A program made the translations under genes and the position numbers. This document shows, in pieces, positions 34,701-49,700 of a DNA stretch of 64,000 nucleotides (positions are counted from its first letter, which is position 1; every line of letters begins with the position of its first letter). A model generated the notes under the pieces. The model was not told where the DNA came from. It did no database searches and saw nothing but the letters and a program-made list of their open reading frames with translations. Source of the stretch: Candidatus Abzuiibacterium crystallinum (GTDB lineage Bacteria; Omnitrophota; Omnitrophia; Omnitrophales; Abzuiibacteriaceae); contig PCVY01000023.1 of NCBI GenBank assembly GCA_002787155.1, forward strand, positions 6,828 to 70,827, read 5' to 3'.

Positions 34701-37700
34701 AATTGAGCCATCCAGCGAGGATGCGCTTCACGCTCACACTTCATTGAGGGCGGTGTTAGAACGATTGATAGAGGAAGTCTCTCAAGATGAGCTTGTTTCT
34801 ATAATCCCTGTTTTACATACAACACTTGAACAAATTCACGGAACGAGCAGTCAAGCCAATATGGCCAGAGTAACCATTACACGAATATTGGAAAAACTCT
34901 CGAAAAAGGTTCCTCTCCCTGCGTTGGCCAGTATTCAGAATGCCTTACTTTTAGCGCTCAAATTGACCGAAGGTTCAGATATTGATACAAGTCACACCAG
35001 AAATAACATAGCTCATTGCTTGGCTTTGGTCACACTGCGTTATTATCAGGTTATTCATTTGACTGATAATAGGTTACCCTTCATCAGTTTAGAAAAACTT
35101 TTGTCAATGGTAAGTTCCGGTCCGGATCGTATTTCACTTTTTCCTATTTATGGGGATCTTGAAGTGATTGGTCAAATCCTGCAATCTCAAGACCAGACAA
35201 ACATGATACAACAACTGAATGCTTACCGGGAACAATTGATGGCACAGTATCAAAGGGAACAGAGATCAGGGATCAGGGGACAGGGAACAGGGAACAGCTT
35301 GCCGGATCATGATCCGCTTTGGACAGCGGGGGTTGCCGGCGGCGTGAATGCGGGAGCAGGAGCTGACCGAGCAGAATTAAGAAACAAAAACTATTCCCAA
35401 ATGACAGCAGACGAACTGCTGCAAGCGCTCAAGTCTGTTCAAGGGACGAATGAAGCGTCGACGGATACTAGACGAGCTCTTTCAAATGCGCTGAATGCTG
35501 CTTTCAGAAGAATGAATCAAGAAGAACTACCCGCCATTTTTCAGGACTCGCTCGCCGCGATCAAAGAAATTGGTGAAAGTGATGAGCGCACTCAAGCTAG
35601 AGATTGGATTGCCATGCCACTCTTTGCCCTCATCCAAAAGATTGACGAGGATCAGCTTGCTTTCGTCTTTGAAAATCTGATAGCTGTTCTAAGAGAAATA
35701 AAAGGATCGAGTCATGCGGCGATTCAAGTACGATTCAGCATCATACAAAATTTAATCTTGATTGTGCACCGCCGTCATCATCGATCTTACACAAGCCCCG
35801 GGGATAAACTCGCTCAGGCGCTTCACGTCCTTTTCTCAGCTGCTTCTTCAAAAGTCTGGGTTTTTGAAACGTATGGCAGTTTACATGCGTTGGATCAAAT
35901 CTTTGAATCCAAAGATGACAAAACAATCATTGCAAAACTGAGCGCTTACAGGGAACAATTAATCGCACTGTCTCTAAGGGAAGAAGCGCCGCGGGTCAAG
36001 GGTCAAGAGCAGCAAGACACGGGCGGCGGATCAGGGGACACGGATCAAAATGATTCCATCTGGGCAGCCACTGTCTTGGGGCCTGCGAATGTGAGCGCCT
36101 CTATCAAAATTCATTCATCACGGTCTGAATTACGCATGAAACGCCGTTTGGATCCTTTAGATCAACTCTTGAATGATCTTAAGTCACTCAAAGGTTCGGG
36201 TGATACCACAAACGGCATCAGGGCAGATCTTGCGGATGCCCTGACAACATTGGGCAGAAAATTAACCGAATCTCAATTATTTCTTATCGTTGATCCCATC
36301 ATTACACAATTAGAACAAATTGAAGGATCACGATATACGGCCAATCGGGCAAAACTGGCCATTACCTCATTCATTAATATGGCAGCATCGCGCCTTTCGC
36401 CTACTCAACTGGGCGGTTTGGTTAAGCCATTATTTAACCAAATTGTGTTCAAACGTGAACTGGAAGAATTGACTTCAAACATACCAGTTTCATTTGGCGA
36501 CAGTTTGCTGGAAGTTGTCAGAGAAATCGATCAAACCCAATTACAGGAAGTGGCACGTTTACTGTTTGATTATTTAACAAATCTTCCGGATGACTTGGAA
36601 TACACAAATCTAAGTCTACGTTCTATTTGCCGGGCTTTGACAATGGTATTTAAACGTATCGATACCTTCCCATGGTCGGAAGCAGTTGCTGCGTTTAAAA
36701 CATTACACAGAAACACTGAGCAGACCCGAACATTCTACCCAGCCTTTCCATGGATTTCAGATGTTTTAGCCATGGCGCTCCTCAGAATGCACCAGATTGA
36801 AATTGAAAAAGGGAGGGACAGCCTTTTTTCTGCGCTTTCCCGTCTTTTGGAGTTTCATAAGGACGACACGGTTCTTTTTCTGCGTCATGGAGATTTTAAC
36901 GAAGTTAATTCCATCCTCCAGTCTCACGCGGATCGTTCTACCAAAACCGCGCAACTCAATCATTACCGCGAACAATTACTGGCCTTACATCAAAGGGAAC
37001 AGGGAGCAGGGAGCAGGGAACAGGGAACTCCGCCACACAGCGTCGGGCGGATCCGTCCTCCGGCGGAAGGGATCAGGTCACAGGATACGGATCACGAACT
37101 CTGGCTCAGCGGACCGGTGGGGGCAGGAGCAGTTGGTGTTGGCGCAGCAGTGTTGAATACCAAATCGGAGCTCCGAACTCATGGAGATGATGAATATGAT
37201 GTCATGGGTTTTGAGTCAAAATATTGGAAAATGGATTTAAACGAGTTACTCGATGAACTTTGGTTCATCTTATGGTTCAACGAAGAAGGGTGGGGAAAAA
37301 GTTTTGATAGGAACACCATTATTGAAATTACCGATCATATTCAAAGGAAAAGTAAGGAAGCCGATCAAGATGAACTTGTTCCTGCCGCCCGGCGGCTTTT
37401 TGATGCTTTGGAAAAAACGGTGAAGTATTTCAATCGTGACACGGCGGCACCGCACTTGGCGGTTGCCAGAGCGCTTGCGGCCGTTCATTGGAAGATTCAT
37501 GGTTTCAATACTTCGGAATGGTCAAACGAGTTATTTTTGACGCTCGAAGATATTTTTGTAATTGCCATCGGTGAGAAATCACTTTTCTTAAGTTACAGCA
37601 GCCCGGCTGCCATTAAGCAAATTCTTGAGCTCAAAGATCAAAATGCCATGATTTACCAACTCAAAGCGCTGCGCGAACAAATTCTTGCCGCCTATCAAAG

Positions 37701-40700
37701 AGAACAGGGAACAGGGGACTCCGCCGCACATCGTCGGGCGGATCCGTCCTCCGGCGGAAGGGAGCAGGAACCGCGGGACACGGGATCACATGAGCCTCTT
37801 TGGACTGCAGGGGTAGGCGCCGGCGTTCTGCTATCGGCCAAATCAGAATTACGCGTGCAATTTTTTCAGATTGCTTTAACAAAGCTCGTTGACTTTGCAA
37901 GACAAAACGCATCTCTTTTCTTTCGATATGTCATCAACCGTCAGAAGGTTGTTGAGCGGGATGATGACGATTATGAAAAAATGAGTACCGATGAACTATT
38001 AGACGACCTTCAATTTATTCACCTGGCTTATGCTTTTCGCCATGTCCCGCCTCAGCGCAGGTGGGATATTTCACTTTCGCTTGGGTGGCGCGTGCAAAAA
38101 ATGACAAAACCCGAACTTCTCGACTTTTCAAGAAAACTTCTCACTATCTTAACAACCACAAAAGGTTCTAGTGAAAACGCACATCAAATAAGAAGTGCCG
38201 CTGCCGGAGTCTTTAAGGAAGTGGTTAGAATTATTCCAGATACCGAATTATTAGCTATCTTTAAGGCGCTTTTTTCAGCATTAAAAATAACGCACCAGTC
38301 GCTTAGCGTTGCCTTTAGTCACGCCGCCAGGATTGAAGAGCGTGCAATCACAGACACTTTTGAAATAATACGTAAAAGAATGCCTAAAGCTGATTTTTCG
38401 CAAGTGGTTGACGAATACTTGGCAGTGTTGGAAGAAATAAAGAATCGAAAATTTCTTTTCTGGGAAAAAACAATACAACACCAAACTCTCCATTTAATGG
38501 GGGAAGCAGTCTATTCCTTTCCGGAAGCTCAACTGAGGCGAACGGCTAAAGAATTGATCGCTATTTTACGAGCTCTCAAGGACCAGGGCGGAAATGTGAA
38601 CGAAATTCGAATTTTATTACTTTATGTTTTTCGGAACATCGTCGAGCGTTTACCCGAAGCTGATCTGGGCGGCTATGTGACTGAATTACTCTCAACGTTT
38701 GATGCTATCAAAGGATCGAACGAACACGCTGGAGAAGCAAAAGGAGACATAGGTCATATTTTGTCGAAAGCAGCTGAACGGATGCCGCCCTCAGAACTAC
38801 CTCATTTTGCGGATGAAGCATTGATCAGGCTAGAGTCAACGCCAAATCGGGGAAATCAAGCTTATCAGACAACGCGAGCGATGGCGGAGGCTCTTTGGGG
38901 TTTTGCAAAGGCAGTTGATCCCGAAAAGGCGGATCCGCAAAAGATGTCTAAAATCATGAATCTACTTCTTGAAAAATTAAAGCTGATCAAAGGAAAAGGT
39001 GACAATGAGGAGTGGGCCAAAATACATATCTTGCTCGCTTTAGGAGCCATAGCTAAAAAAATCCCACATCAAGAGCTTCCCGGGCTTTCCAATGCAATTC
39101 TTTCAGAGTTAACGCATTATGAGTTTAATGACGGACTCAAAGGCCGTTTAATTGATGTGCTGATAGCAATTGCAGACAGCATTGATCTTGCTGAGCTGCC
39201 AAAGATATCAAACGAGCTTCTGGATGTTTTAAAAGAGATGGGAGAATTAAATGATGACGAAGATGGAGGGTATCAAACACTCGTCACTATAGCTGTATTT
39301 TTTGAACAGATCACACCCAAAATCTCAGAAACAGAACTCCCTCGTATTTCAAAAGCATTTCTCACTGCACTCGCCGCCATCAAAGGATCTAGTTACAATC
39401 TAGACCGTGTGAGAAGGTTTGTCGGAGACGTGCTGGCTTTGATATCACTGAGGATCAATCACTTACCATTGGATAATAAGCCATTAATTGAACAGCTTCA
39501 AAAGTTCTTCTCGCTTGCTCCGGCTAGTCATTCACTTTTTCCGATGTACGGCGACCTAAATGAAATTGGGCATATTTTAAAGCTTGAAGATCACAAGCAA
39601 GTAATAGCCCAACTCAATGCCTACCAGGCACAATTACTGGCACGGTATCAAAGGGAACAGGGAACTCCGCCACACAGCGTCGGGCGGATCCGTCCTCCGG
39701 CGGAAGGGAACAGGGAACAGGGGACGGGGATCAGGTCACAAGACACGGATCACGATCTCTGGCTCAGCGGACCGGTAGGGGCGGGTATCCGGGCAGAATT
39801 AAGAAACAAAGACTATTCCAAAATGACGATCGATGAATTGTTACAGGCACTTCAAATGGGAAGGTCTGATCAAGAAGCTCAGGAACTTAAAATTGGAATT
39901 GCCAAAGTTTTAAAAGAATCAGCTAAAACCATGCAACCAACGGAACTTCAGCATCTTTCTAATAGGCTCCTTTTACTGCTAGAGGCAGCACCGGCAAAGG
40001 GGAGGGCGGGCCGGCAAACCATTCAAGCAGTTGCAGATATTTATCAAGTGATTGCGATGAAAATTGACCCTGCCGAATTGCCTAAGATTTTAGAGGCACT
40101 GCTTACCGCCTCAAAACTACCGCTCAAATATGACGTTGACGGCAGAGATGCTAAAAGGTTCATTACGATTGCATTGACAAAAGTTGCTGAACGAATCCCA
40201 GAAGAAAAACTTCCTACCATATTAAATTATGCGCTTCTTGAATTAAGCCATTATGATTTGGATGATCAATTAACATACAGTTTAATTTTTGTGCTCGATG
40301 CAGTTGCTAACCGAATCCAACCAACCGAACTGCCAAGAATTTTGCATGCCTTACTCGATAAGCTTAAAACAATCAAATCATTAGATGATAAAGATGAAGA
40401 GGATCTCATTTGGCAGGTAGTGATGATAGCAGCATTTACCTTTAAATCGATTGCCGCCAGAATGAGCGCAACGGAACTACCGGCCATTTCGAAAAGACTT
40501 CTCGAAATACGCTCGCTTGCCAAAAGAGATAGCACTCAGGCGGAAAAAACAAGAGACGCTCTCTTAGCGCCTTTTCCTGCCATTGCTGCCCGTATAGACA
40601 AAAAAGAATTACCTAACTTATTTGATCAATTTGTTGACATTTTGAAAAATACACACCGAACAGACGCATCGCCGGGATCAAGTTCTAACATGAGATTGCG

Positions 40701-43700
40701 TTCGCGCAAAGTATTGGCAATTATTTTTCTCAGGAACCATCAATTACCTCTGGATGATGAAACCTTGGCCAAAGCGCTTGAGAACCTCTTGGGCATTCAC
40801 TCTCCTACCGATTCACTTTTTCCCATTTATGGTGAGTTCTCCGAAATCGACCGCATTTTACGATTGCCAGGCCGTGAACAAATGATTGCTCAGCTCACTA
40901 TTTACCGGAAACAATTAATCGCACAGTCTCAAAGGGATCAGGGAACAGGGAACAGGGAACAGGGAACAGGGGACGGGGAACAGGGGACGGGGATCAGGTC
41001 ACAAGACACAGAATCAAATGATACGCTTTGGGTAATTAGTCCTGCTGTCGAACGCTCCGAACTCAGAACCAAAGATTATTCCCGCATGAGCGTTGATGAA
41101 TTGTTAAACGAACTTCAGTCAATCAAAGGATCAACTATTGATGTCAATTGGGCAAGAGAGGCCATTGCCGATACCCTCACAGAAATATTAAAAAGAATTG
41201 ATCCAACCAAACTTCCCGCTATTTCACAAGCCTTGTTGACCGCTTTAAAAGAAATCAAAGGATTTGCTGATGATGCTAATCGGACAAGATGGGCCATTAC
41301 CTTTTCCTTCCCAGAAATATTGCAAAGAATTGATCCAACCGAACTCCCCGCTATTTCACAAGCGTTGTTGATCACTTTAAAAGAAATCAAAGGATTATCT
41401 AATGCGACCAATGAGGCAAGACGGACCATTACCTTTTCCTTCCCAGAAATATTGCAAAGAATTGATCCAACCGAACTCCCCGCTATTTCACAAGCCTTGT
41501 TGATCGCTTTAAAAGAAATCGAAGGATCAACTGATGCTGCCAATCAGGCAAGATGGGTTATTGCCGATGCCTTCAGAGAAATGCCAAAAAGAATTGATAA
41601 GTCTGAACTTCCCGCTATTTCACAAACCCTCTTAGCTGCTTTAAAAGAAATCAAAGGATCAACTATTGGTGCCAATCAGGCAAGAGAAGCTATTGGCAAA
41701 ACCCTAGCTGTTATTGTCTTTCGTCATCATCAAATCCCTGTCACCGATGAGACAAATGATTTATTGAGCGCTCTTCAAGATGTCTTTACACTTGAAATGA
41801 ACGGTGTTTCCATCTATCCCATAGAAAACCATCATCCATTGAACAACCCGGACAATCCCATTCATCAAATCTTTAAACAACATGATCAAGATTACGCACA
41901 AATCATGAGCCAGCTCAATCGTTACAGGGAACAATTGAGCGCACAGCATCAAAGGGATCAGGGAACAGGGAACAGGGAACAGGGGACGGGGATCAGGTCA
42001 CAAGACACGGATCACGATCTCTGGCTCAGCGGACCGGTAGGGGTGGGTGCTGGTTTAACAAAAGCCGGTCGACAGTCCGCAGACCATGATAAAAGGGTAG
42101 AACTGCGAAATGAATCACCCAACCTAGAAGACTTGAGTCCAACCGATGAGGCCCGTGAAGTTGAAGTGGTCATTAAGGCAATTCATGCATTGACAGATTC
42201 GGTTTGGAAGCAACCGCTGCCCCGTCTCAATACCCGATCGAACGCAGGAGCTGAACTTGCTTCATTAGTGAACCAGTGCGTTCACTTGATACGGGATACA
42301 AAGATGACGGTTAACGAGCAAATACAATTGGTGAAGGCGTTCCTGCATTTGCTCGAGTCTTTCGAGTCCTTATACTTGAAGACACTGGTTGGAAGTGCGA
42401 GTCATTTGCAACTGCATTGGCTGCTTAGGCACGTCATGACGGCAATACCGTTCGGGCAAATCACGCCTATCCGTCATGAGATCTATTTATCCCAAGAAAT
42501 AGCCAGAAGGCAGGGTCCTTCCCGTAACACAACCTTGCATATAGATTTTCTAAGCGAAATATTAATCATGCTTGCATTGAAGCAAGCAGGTTTTAAAGGA
42601 ACGTGGGATACGTTAGCCGTTGATAAAATATACAACACAAACGTGTGGAAAGAATTGGGTGATTTCTATTCGGGAACTGTCAGGGTGCGGAGGGAAGGTA
42701 TCGGATTCCTGCATCAATATGCTGATGATGCTGAAATTAACAAGATTATAAATATCTGGCTGGATGATAGCGGCAATCTTGATCACACGCGTGCAGAACA
42801 AGTCATCACTCAACTTAAGCTCTATATCGATCAGTTGCTTCATCAAATTAAAATAAAAGCAAATGAAGAACCCGGGACCGATGATGCTGAACAATCAGCT
42901 GACTCTCGTCCGGAAGATATTTGGCTGCGGGGCTCGTTCCGCCCTCAAGGCGGATTGGGGCCTTCAAAATCTGAATTGCGCACGGCCAAGTCAAAATCTG
43001 ACCTTGGAAAGCGCTTAACCCAATTAGCAAAAGATTTAGAAGCCGAGGTTGAAGCGCGGCAGATAAAAGGATTGGCAAAGCAATTGCTTGAGAATAAAAG
43101 CACCCGCACAAAAACAGATGCCCAAATCGAATCAGAGATCAAAGAAAAAGCGGCGGATGATGCCGCTATGGACCGGTTAATTGCTCATTTAAAAATTGCG
43201 CGCGCTCTTAAGGAAGCGGGAAATGATTTTTTGAGGGATTATGAACAAACGCATTATCTCAAATTAGCTAAAATTCAGCAGCCAAACGCTGTTTTGTGGG
43301 GTCTGCGCTTTCTGGATCTTGATGATATCCAGGATCCGGAAATTCGCCGGTTGATGGGGAAACTTCAGTCACTTTTGATGGTGAACGAGTTCTTTGGGCG
43401 TTCTAGCGCCGCCTTTGTCGAAAGCGTGCTGACGGAATTTATTGTCAACACCGTGATCGGAGATGATTTTGGCATGACGGAACTCTTGACGTCTCTTGAT
43501 CCTAACCAAAACCTGATCGAATTGTTTCAAGATTGGGGCGTTAACGTTCAGCTCAAATACAGCCGGGAGCACACGGGCATTCAAGCGCTCTATGACATAG
43601 CACGTCTTTATTCCAAGGTGTTCCCGGAGTTCAACAATAATGCACGTACCGGTTTTATCACGCATGATTTCAAGGAAATGCTGAGGGAGCCTGAAGGGGA

Positions 43701-46700
43701 TGCCGATCGAAATCAGCAGGCACGCGCGTTGGCAAGGGGAGGAGCCGCGCAAGCACTCAATCTGTTAACCATTCGCTTGCTGGGTTTGCCAGCGGGGCGC
43801 ACCATGGAACAACAGTGGCAGGAACTTTTTAAAATCACCGAAAAAGGAATTCCCAATCTTCAGAAACCGGAACATTTAAACGGCGCGCGCGCCGAAGATA
43901 TTTTGGCGGGTCTGGCAGAAATTTCCAAGACGTCTCAAGGACAACTCAAAGAAGTGGTGGCTGAGCTCATCCAGGGACGGTTTAAATTGCTGGTGAATCA
44001 CGATGTCGAACGGTTTAAACAAATTGGCATCATCATTGGTTTTACGGGGATTGACGGTTTTGCAAAGATTCCGTTCGGCCGCTTGCGGGAAAAATATCAT
44101 CTGACCGAAGGCAGTGAAGAGGAAGGCCGGCTGCTCAAAATCGTTGCCCAAATTTCCAGAACAGCCCGGGAAGGGACAGGCGGCCTCATTGAAGAAGTGT
44201 TTGATCTTTACAGCCAAGAAGCCGGCGAACATTTGGACGATTTGAACAAACTGCTTCAGGCATTTAGTTACTTTGTGCGGCTTGTGAATTTTCACCACGA
44301 TTATGAACGGCTTGTCTTAGAAGGTGATATCGGCAAGGTGAACAATGAAGCGCTCTTTGTCAGCTTGCGGGATTTGAAGCGCACACTTGATATCGTGAAG
44401 AAAAACGATGCCAAAGGGATGGACATTCGCGATGCCATTGCTTCTGCTGTCAAGCGCCGCTATTACAACCGCTTGAGCATCGAAGATCGGGGTATTGTTC
44501 GTGATTTAATGGCGAGACACCGGCTGATTCATGAAAACGATCTCCTGGATTTTGATTATGTGATTGATGGTTTCAAAAACGGCAGTTCCCGAATTCGTAT
44601 CTATCGCAAACGTAAATCAGGCCCGGCGCGGTTTAAACGAACGGAAGTCAAGCCCGGCGAATATAAGATGGAATTAATTCAAGAAAGCGTGGGAAAACCC
44701 GAACTGCTGCTCGAGATTCCGCTGGCTCAGCCGCTTGCCAACGTTGACCCGAAAATTATTTTAAACGAAACGACCCGCCGTAACCTGGCCAATATTCTGG
44801 ATGCATTGGAAGTGGAGGAGGGAAAGCGCTTTAATCCGGTGCTCGAATTTGGCGTGACTTCAGGCGGCAAAAGTACGACGGCAGCGTTGGTTGCCAAGAT
44901 TCTGGGCGTTGGTTTTACGCGCATTCAAATCAATGAACGCACCGATGAATTTGACCTTTTCGGATCGTTTCAGCCTTATGAAATCAATATCACGTTAGAA
45001 GAAGCCATCCAGCTTTTGCAGGAAGCGCTGGCCACGAACAATTATAACGGTCTTGAGGATGTGTTTAGTCGTTTAAAGTCGGATCAAACGGGACAATTTT
45101 GGGAAAATTATTTCAATGCTCAAGAACGACAGACAATCGAGCTTGGAAAGGACAGCCGTTATCCCCAGCGTTCGGTATTGGAGCGTCAACGAGCCGCCAT
45201 TCGTGATAAATTAAAACAATTGGCGGATAAACAGTTAGAACTTGCTCAATCGCTCAAAAGTTTAAGCGCTCAGGAACGCCGCCTCATTGATTCCAAGACA
45301 GATAACCCTGTCTGGCAAGCGCAGCTTGCCCAGCTGCGCCGGGAAGAAGCGGAAGGTTTTGATCAGCTGAACCGCATCAAATCCATTGCATTTATGTTAA
45401 ACCACGAGGTGGGCCTTCGGTATAAGGAAGGGCGTTTTCTCACGGCTTACAAGCGCGGAGATCTCATTCTGCTTGATGAAGTGAATTTAGCCAACGAAGA
45501 AATGCTGGGCGTGCTTTATCAATTACTCACTTTGGGTTATTTGGAATATAACGGCAAAGTGATCGAACCGCCTTTGGGCAAACAAGCCCGCATTCTAGCC
45601 ACGGCCAATCCCTCCGGTTATGCGGGCCGCAGACGCATGAGCGAAGCTTTTATGAACCGTTTTGAAATTATCCATGTTGATGAAATGACGGATGAGGAAA
45701 TGCGCGATATCGTGGTTGGGCAAATGATGAAAGATCTCATCGCCTCAGGCCGCTATACAGCCGGGGATTTTGAACAAAACTCGGATGAAGCGCCGGAAGT
45801 ATGGGATAAAAAAATCAACAAGATTTTACAGGAAGAATATGGTATTACGCGCGAAAGCACTCGATTGTTAGCTGGAGTTCAGCGAAAATTTAACAGCATT
45901 TTGGCGACGGGCAGTTTTCCGCGCATGGGATCCGACTCCAATTATGTCTTCACGCTTCGGAATCTTCAACGGATCGCCGGCGATGTGAAAGAACGCAAAG
46001 AAAATGGCGAACGCATCACCCTTGAAACCTGGATTCGGGAAGCGTACGGCGAATATGCCGGCGTCCTCATGCGGCCCAGCACACAGCCTTCCTACACCGC
46101 AGAGCGGCTTAAGCCTGATGAATCATTGCCGGCGGAACATCATTTATGGGATGATCCGGATTACAAAACCATTCGGCGGGTATTTACGACTTTCATGGGT
46201 GAATTGATTGCCGGAGAAAGTCATCAAAGTTACGATGACGCTTTTGACGAACTCATTCGCCGGCATTTTGAAACCATTCCGTATGTCTATGACTCAACCG
46301 CCCATGCCATCAAGCTGGACGGTCTTCTTACCCAAGGTGCTGAGCCAAACGATCAAAACCCCATTGAACCTTTAATCGAAGTGGGGTCAACCAAAATGGT
46401 TCAAAGGCAAATTTTAAAAGGCATTCGCCGGAATATCCCAACGCTCCTTGTCGGTCAATCCGGCGGCGGTAAAACAGAAATCATCGGCGACTTAGTCAAT
46501 CGCCTTGGCCGTCAATATATCAGCGTGTCTTTGGGCGATGCCACACTGGAAAGTCTGATCGGCACCATGGAATACAACCGAATGGAAAAACGTTTTGTTT
46601 ATCGGCGGGGTGTGCTCGTCAAAGCCATGGAAGAAGGTTCGGTTTTGGTGCTGGAAGAACTCAACATGGCTAAATCGGGCATATTAGAAATTTTGAATGA

Positions 46701-49700
46701 ATATTTCGATGACGGAACGTTTACCAACCCGTTTACCCTAAAACAGGTAGCGGTACACCGTGACTTCCGGTTGTTCGCTACCATGAACCCGATTCAGGGT
46801 GAGACGGGAGAAAATTTAGGCCGCGTGAGTTTGTCGCCCGCTCTCAGAAACCGCTTTCGGGAAATTTGGGTGCCGCACAAGAAAACGGACGCTGAAATGA
46901 ACGAAATTTTAATCGGAAAATTCAAGCAATTGGGTGTTGAAAAAATCGAAAAAGCAACAGGCGCCAAAATCATCGGCTTTTTCCGTGCCTATGAAGAGGC
47001 TTTTAAAGATCAAGCTGATCCGGTGTATTACACCAGTCTGCGCGATTTGAATCGGATTGCCAAAATCATGGCTTATTTAATCAATGAGCTCGACATGCAT
47101 GAGTCGGATGCATTGGCGCGCGCCATTGACCGCGTTTACCGTTTACGCATGCAAAACAGCGGCGCCTTGGCAGTGGTCGATCAAATTCTCATTGAGCTTA
47201 AAATCAAGATCCCGGGTGCCGGTCAATTGTCGTACCAGTCTCGGAATGGCGTCTTGGAAGTGCGCGATGGTCAAACACTGGTTGCCAAATTAGACCTTTC
47301 TTTGATACAGGCCAAGCTTCGCGACCGCATCCGCGGAGAACTCAGTGCTGATACGGATCCGGCAGAACTTGAAGCACTGACAGAGAAGCGTCTAAAAACT
47401 CTCTTGGATGAAGCTGTCTTGGTAGAAAATCCGCGCACGAAGGCTCATCTGCTGGATTTAATGGAAGCCGTCACGCTTCCTTCCGGCGAAGTGAAAAAAG
47501 GAAAATTTAACCCGATTTTTCTTTTGGGTGAGACCGCCGGCGGGAAAAGCTCCCTTACCAAATATTTGGCACTCCATCTTTTGGGCCAAAACTATACGCG
47601 CATTCAATTCAACGAACGCACGGATGAGTTCGACCTTTTTGGCGCCTATGAACCGCGCGAGCTTCACATGGGTCTGGACCGCGCTTTTCGGATTGTTCAA
47701 AATGCGATGGAACAAGGGGAGTGGGTCAAAATCAAGAAAGCCTTGAAGCTTTGGCAAACGGGGGCATTGACCGAAGATGATCTGTCCGAACTTGAAATGA
47801 TTGAGAAGGTGGAAGAGCGCATTCGCACGGTAGATTTAGAGGCCTCTCAACAGATCACAAAGATCTTAAAGGATGCTTCCGAGGAAGATGTCTTAGGTGA
47901 CCCCGGTCAGAAACGTGAAGCCGAACGCAAACTCAAAACCATTGCGTTTTTGATTGAAAATAACATGTTAAATGTCGAGCTGGAATTTCGCGAAGGCAGG
48001 TTATTACAGGCGATCAGGCGCGGCGATGTGGTGGTGCTGGATGAAATGAACCTGGCGAATGAAGAAGCGCTCGCTGTTTTATATCAACTCCTGACTCTGG
48101 GTTATGTGGAGTATTACCACAAAGATACCCGGCAAGTCGAACGCATTACCCCGGCACCGGGCTTTAAACTCATGGCGACCGCAAACCCCGCCTCATATGC
48201 GGGTCGTCATCGGTTGAGTGAAGCCTTAATGAACCGGTTTGAGATTCATTATGTGATGAACATGACACCCCAAGAAATGACCGAGATTCTGCGCGGTGAA
48301 AATAGTCATGAACCAGTGTTCGAACGCGATCAGTCATTTCAGACCACTGTTGAGAAACTGACATTGCTTCAAGAAAATATCAATGAAGCGCTCCGAAACG
48401 GTCAATTTCCCGAAGTGAGTTCCGACCAAGTGCAAGGCTATTTATTTACGCTTCGCAATTTGAAACGTGTTTTACGGAATACAGCAGAACTCTTACGCCA
48501 AGGCGACAGTTCGCCGCCATCTGAGTCACTCATTCGACAAGCCTACCTTGAATACTTAGGCGTCCTCGGACGTTCAGACGCCTCCATCAAAACGCTGCAG
48601 TCTCTTTTCAAAGCGCCAAAACAATTTCCCCAATTTAACCCTGATTTTCGAATTTCCTTTGAGTCAATGACTATGCCCAACGGTCAATCGGGTATTTTAG
48701 CGGGTGGTTTCAAAGTCGTGAGACGTTTTTATGAAGATGAGGCAGAAGGCGTTTCGCACGATGCAGATGTCATTGAAGAGCTTGAAGAGGGTGCAACGAC
48801 TAATTTGATCCGCCAAGCAATTGCGAAAGGACTGTTAGATTCTCGGATGGCGGTTTTGCTGGTGGGGCAAAGCGGCGGGGGTAAAACAGAAATGATCGGT
48901 GATTTAGCAAGGCGTCTGGGCTGGCGCTACCGCTCCGTTTCGCTTGGTAATGCCACCCTGGAGAGTTTAGTCGGCGGTTATGCCATGGACCACGAAACAA
49001 AAAAATTCCGTTATATCCCCGGGATTTTAATCCAGGCCATGCGCGAAGGCGCCATTTTGGTTTTGGAAGAAATGAATATGGCACCGTCCGGACTATTAGA
49101 AATTCTGAATGAATATTTTGACGAAAGTACCTTTACCAATCCCATGACGGGACAGAAAGAAAAAATTCATCCCAATTTTCGGTTATTTGCCACCATGAAT
49201 CCGGAAAAAGGTGTGACGAGTACCAGCGAAGGCCGTGTCGGCTTGTCGCCCGCTCTTCGCAGCCGTTTCTCAGAAGTATGGGTGCCCCATATACGGACGC
49301 AGGCGGAAACAGAGAGAATTATTCGTAAGAAATTCAGCAATCGAGGGGTAAGCCATGTACCGCCCAAAGTGACGGAAGATATTTACCGCGTCTATGACCA
49401 ATACCGCCGGTTTGTTGAAGAAGGCAAAATTGGCCAAGAAAGCAACGAAGGCTATTACGTCGGTTTGCGTGATGTGGTGAAAATAATTGACCTGGTAGCG
49501 CAGGATCAATCGCGCGGCATTCCAATGGAAGAAGCGCTGCGTTTTGCCTTCAAACGAATTTTTTATTTACGCCTCAATAGCGATGCGGACCGCAAAACAG
49601 TTCAAGAAGAGATTCTAAAAACATACGACATGAGCAAGACGGAATACCAATGGAAAAGTGTGAATGACCATTGGGTGGTTAAGCGCACTCAGTGGCAAAC

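Noticed and set aside
36797-37156. + strand frame-2 ORFs inside the giant gene (also 31886..32083, 33344..33559, 46004..46207, 47084..47293, 47528..47746, 53009..53320, 61547..61816).
   Set aside because: All are out-of-frame overlaps of the frame +1 ORF. Their sequences are low-complexity or Arg-rich, with no family resemblance. Frame +1 translates into conserved motifs at the same coordinates.
41115-41543. The 142-aa antisense ORF, and similar ones at 63369..63752, 56988..57236, 40266..40535, 54159..54608, 43876..44298 and 43369..43752.
   Set aside because: They lie opposite the continuous frame +1 giant ORF and mirror its tandem repeats. They are Ser/Ala/Ile-rich shadow translations with internal periodicity equal to the sense repeats. 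They have no start context or recognisable motifs, whereas the sense strand carries clear AAA+, VWA and helical-repeat signatures.
41120-41710. The 132-bp tandem repeats (also 63190-63800) as a possible CRISPR array.
   Set aside because: The units are contiguous, with no unique spacers. They are 132 bp long and lie in frame within a coding sequence, encoding a 44-aa helical repeat. No cas genes are nearby.
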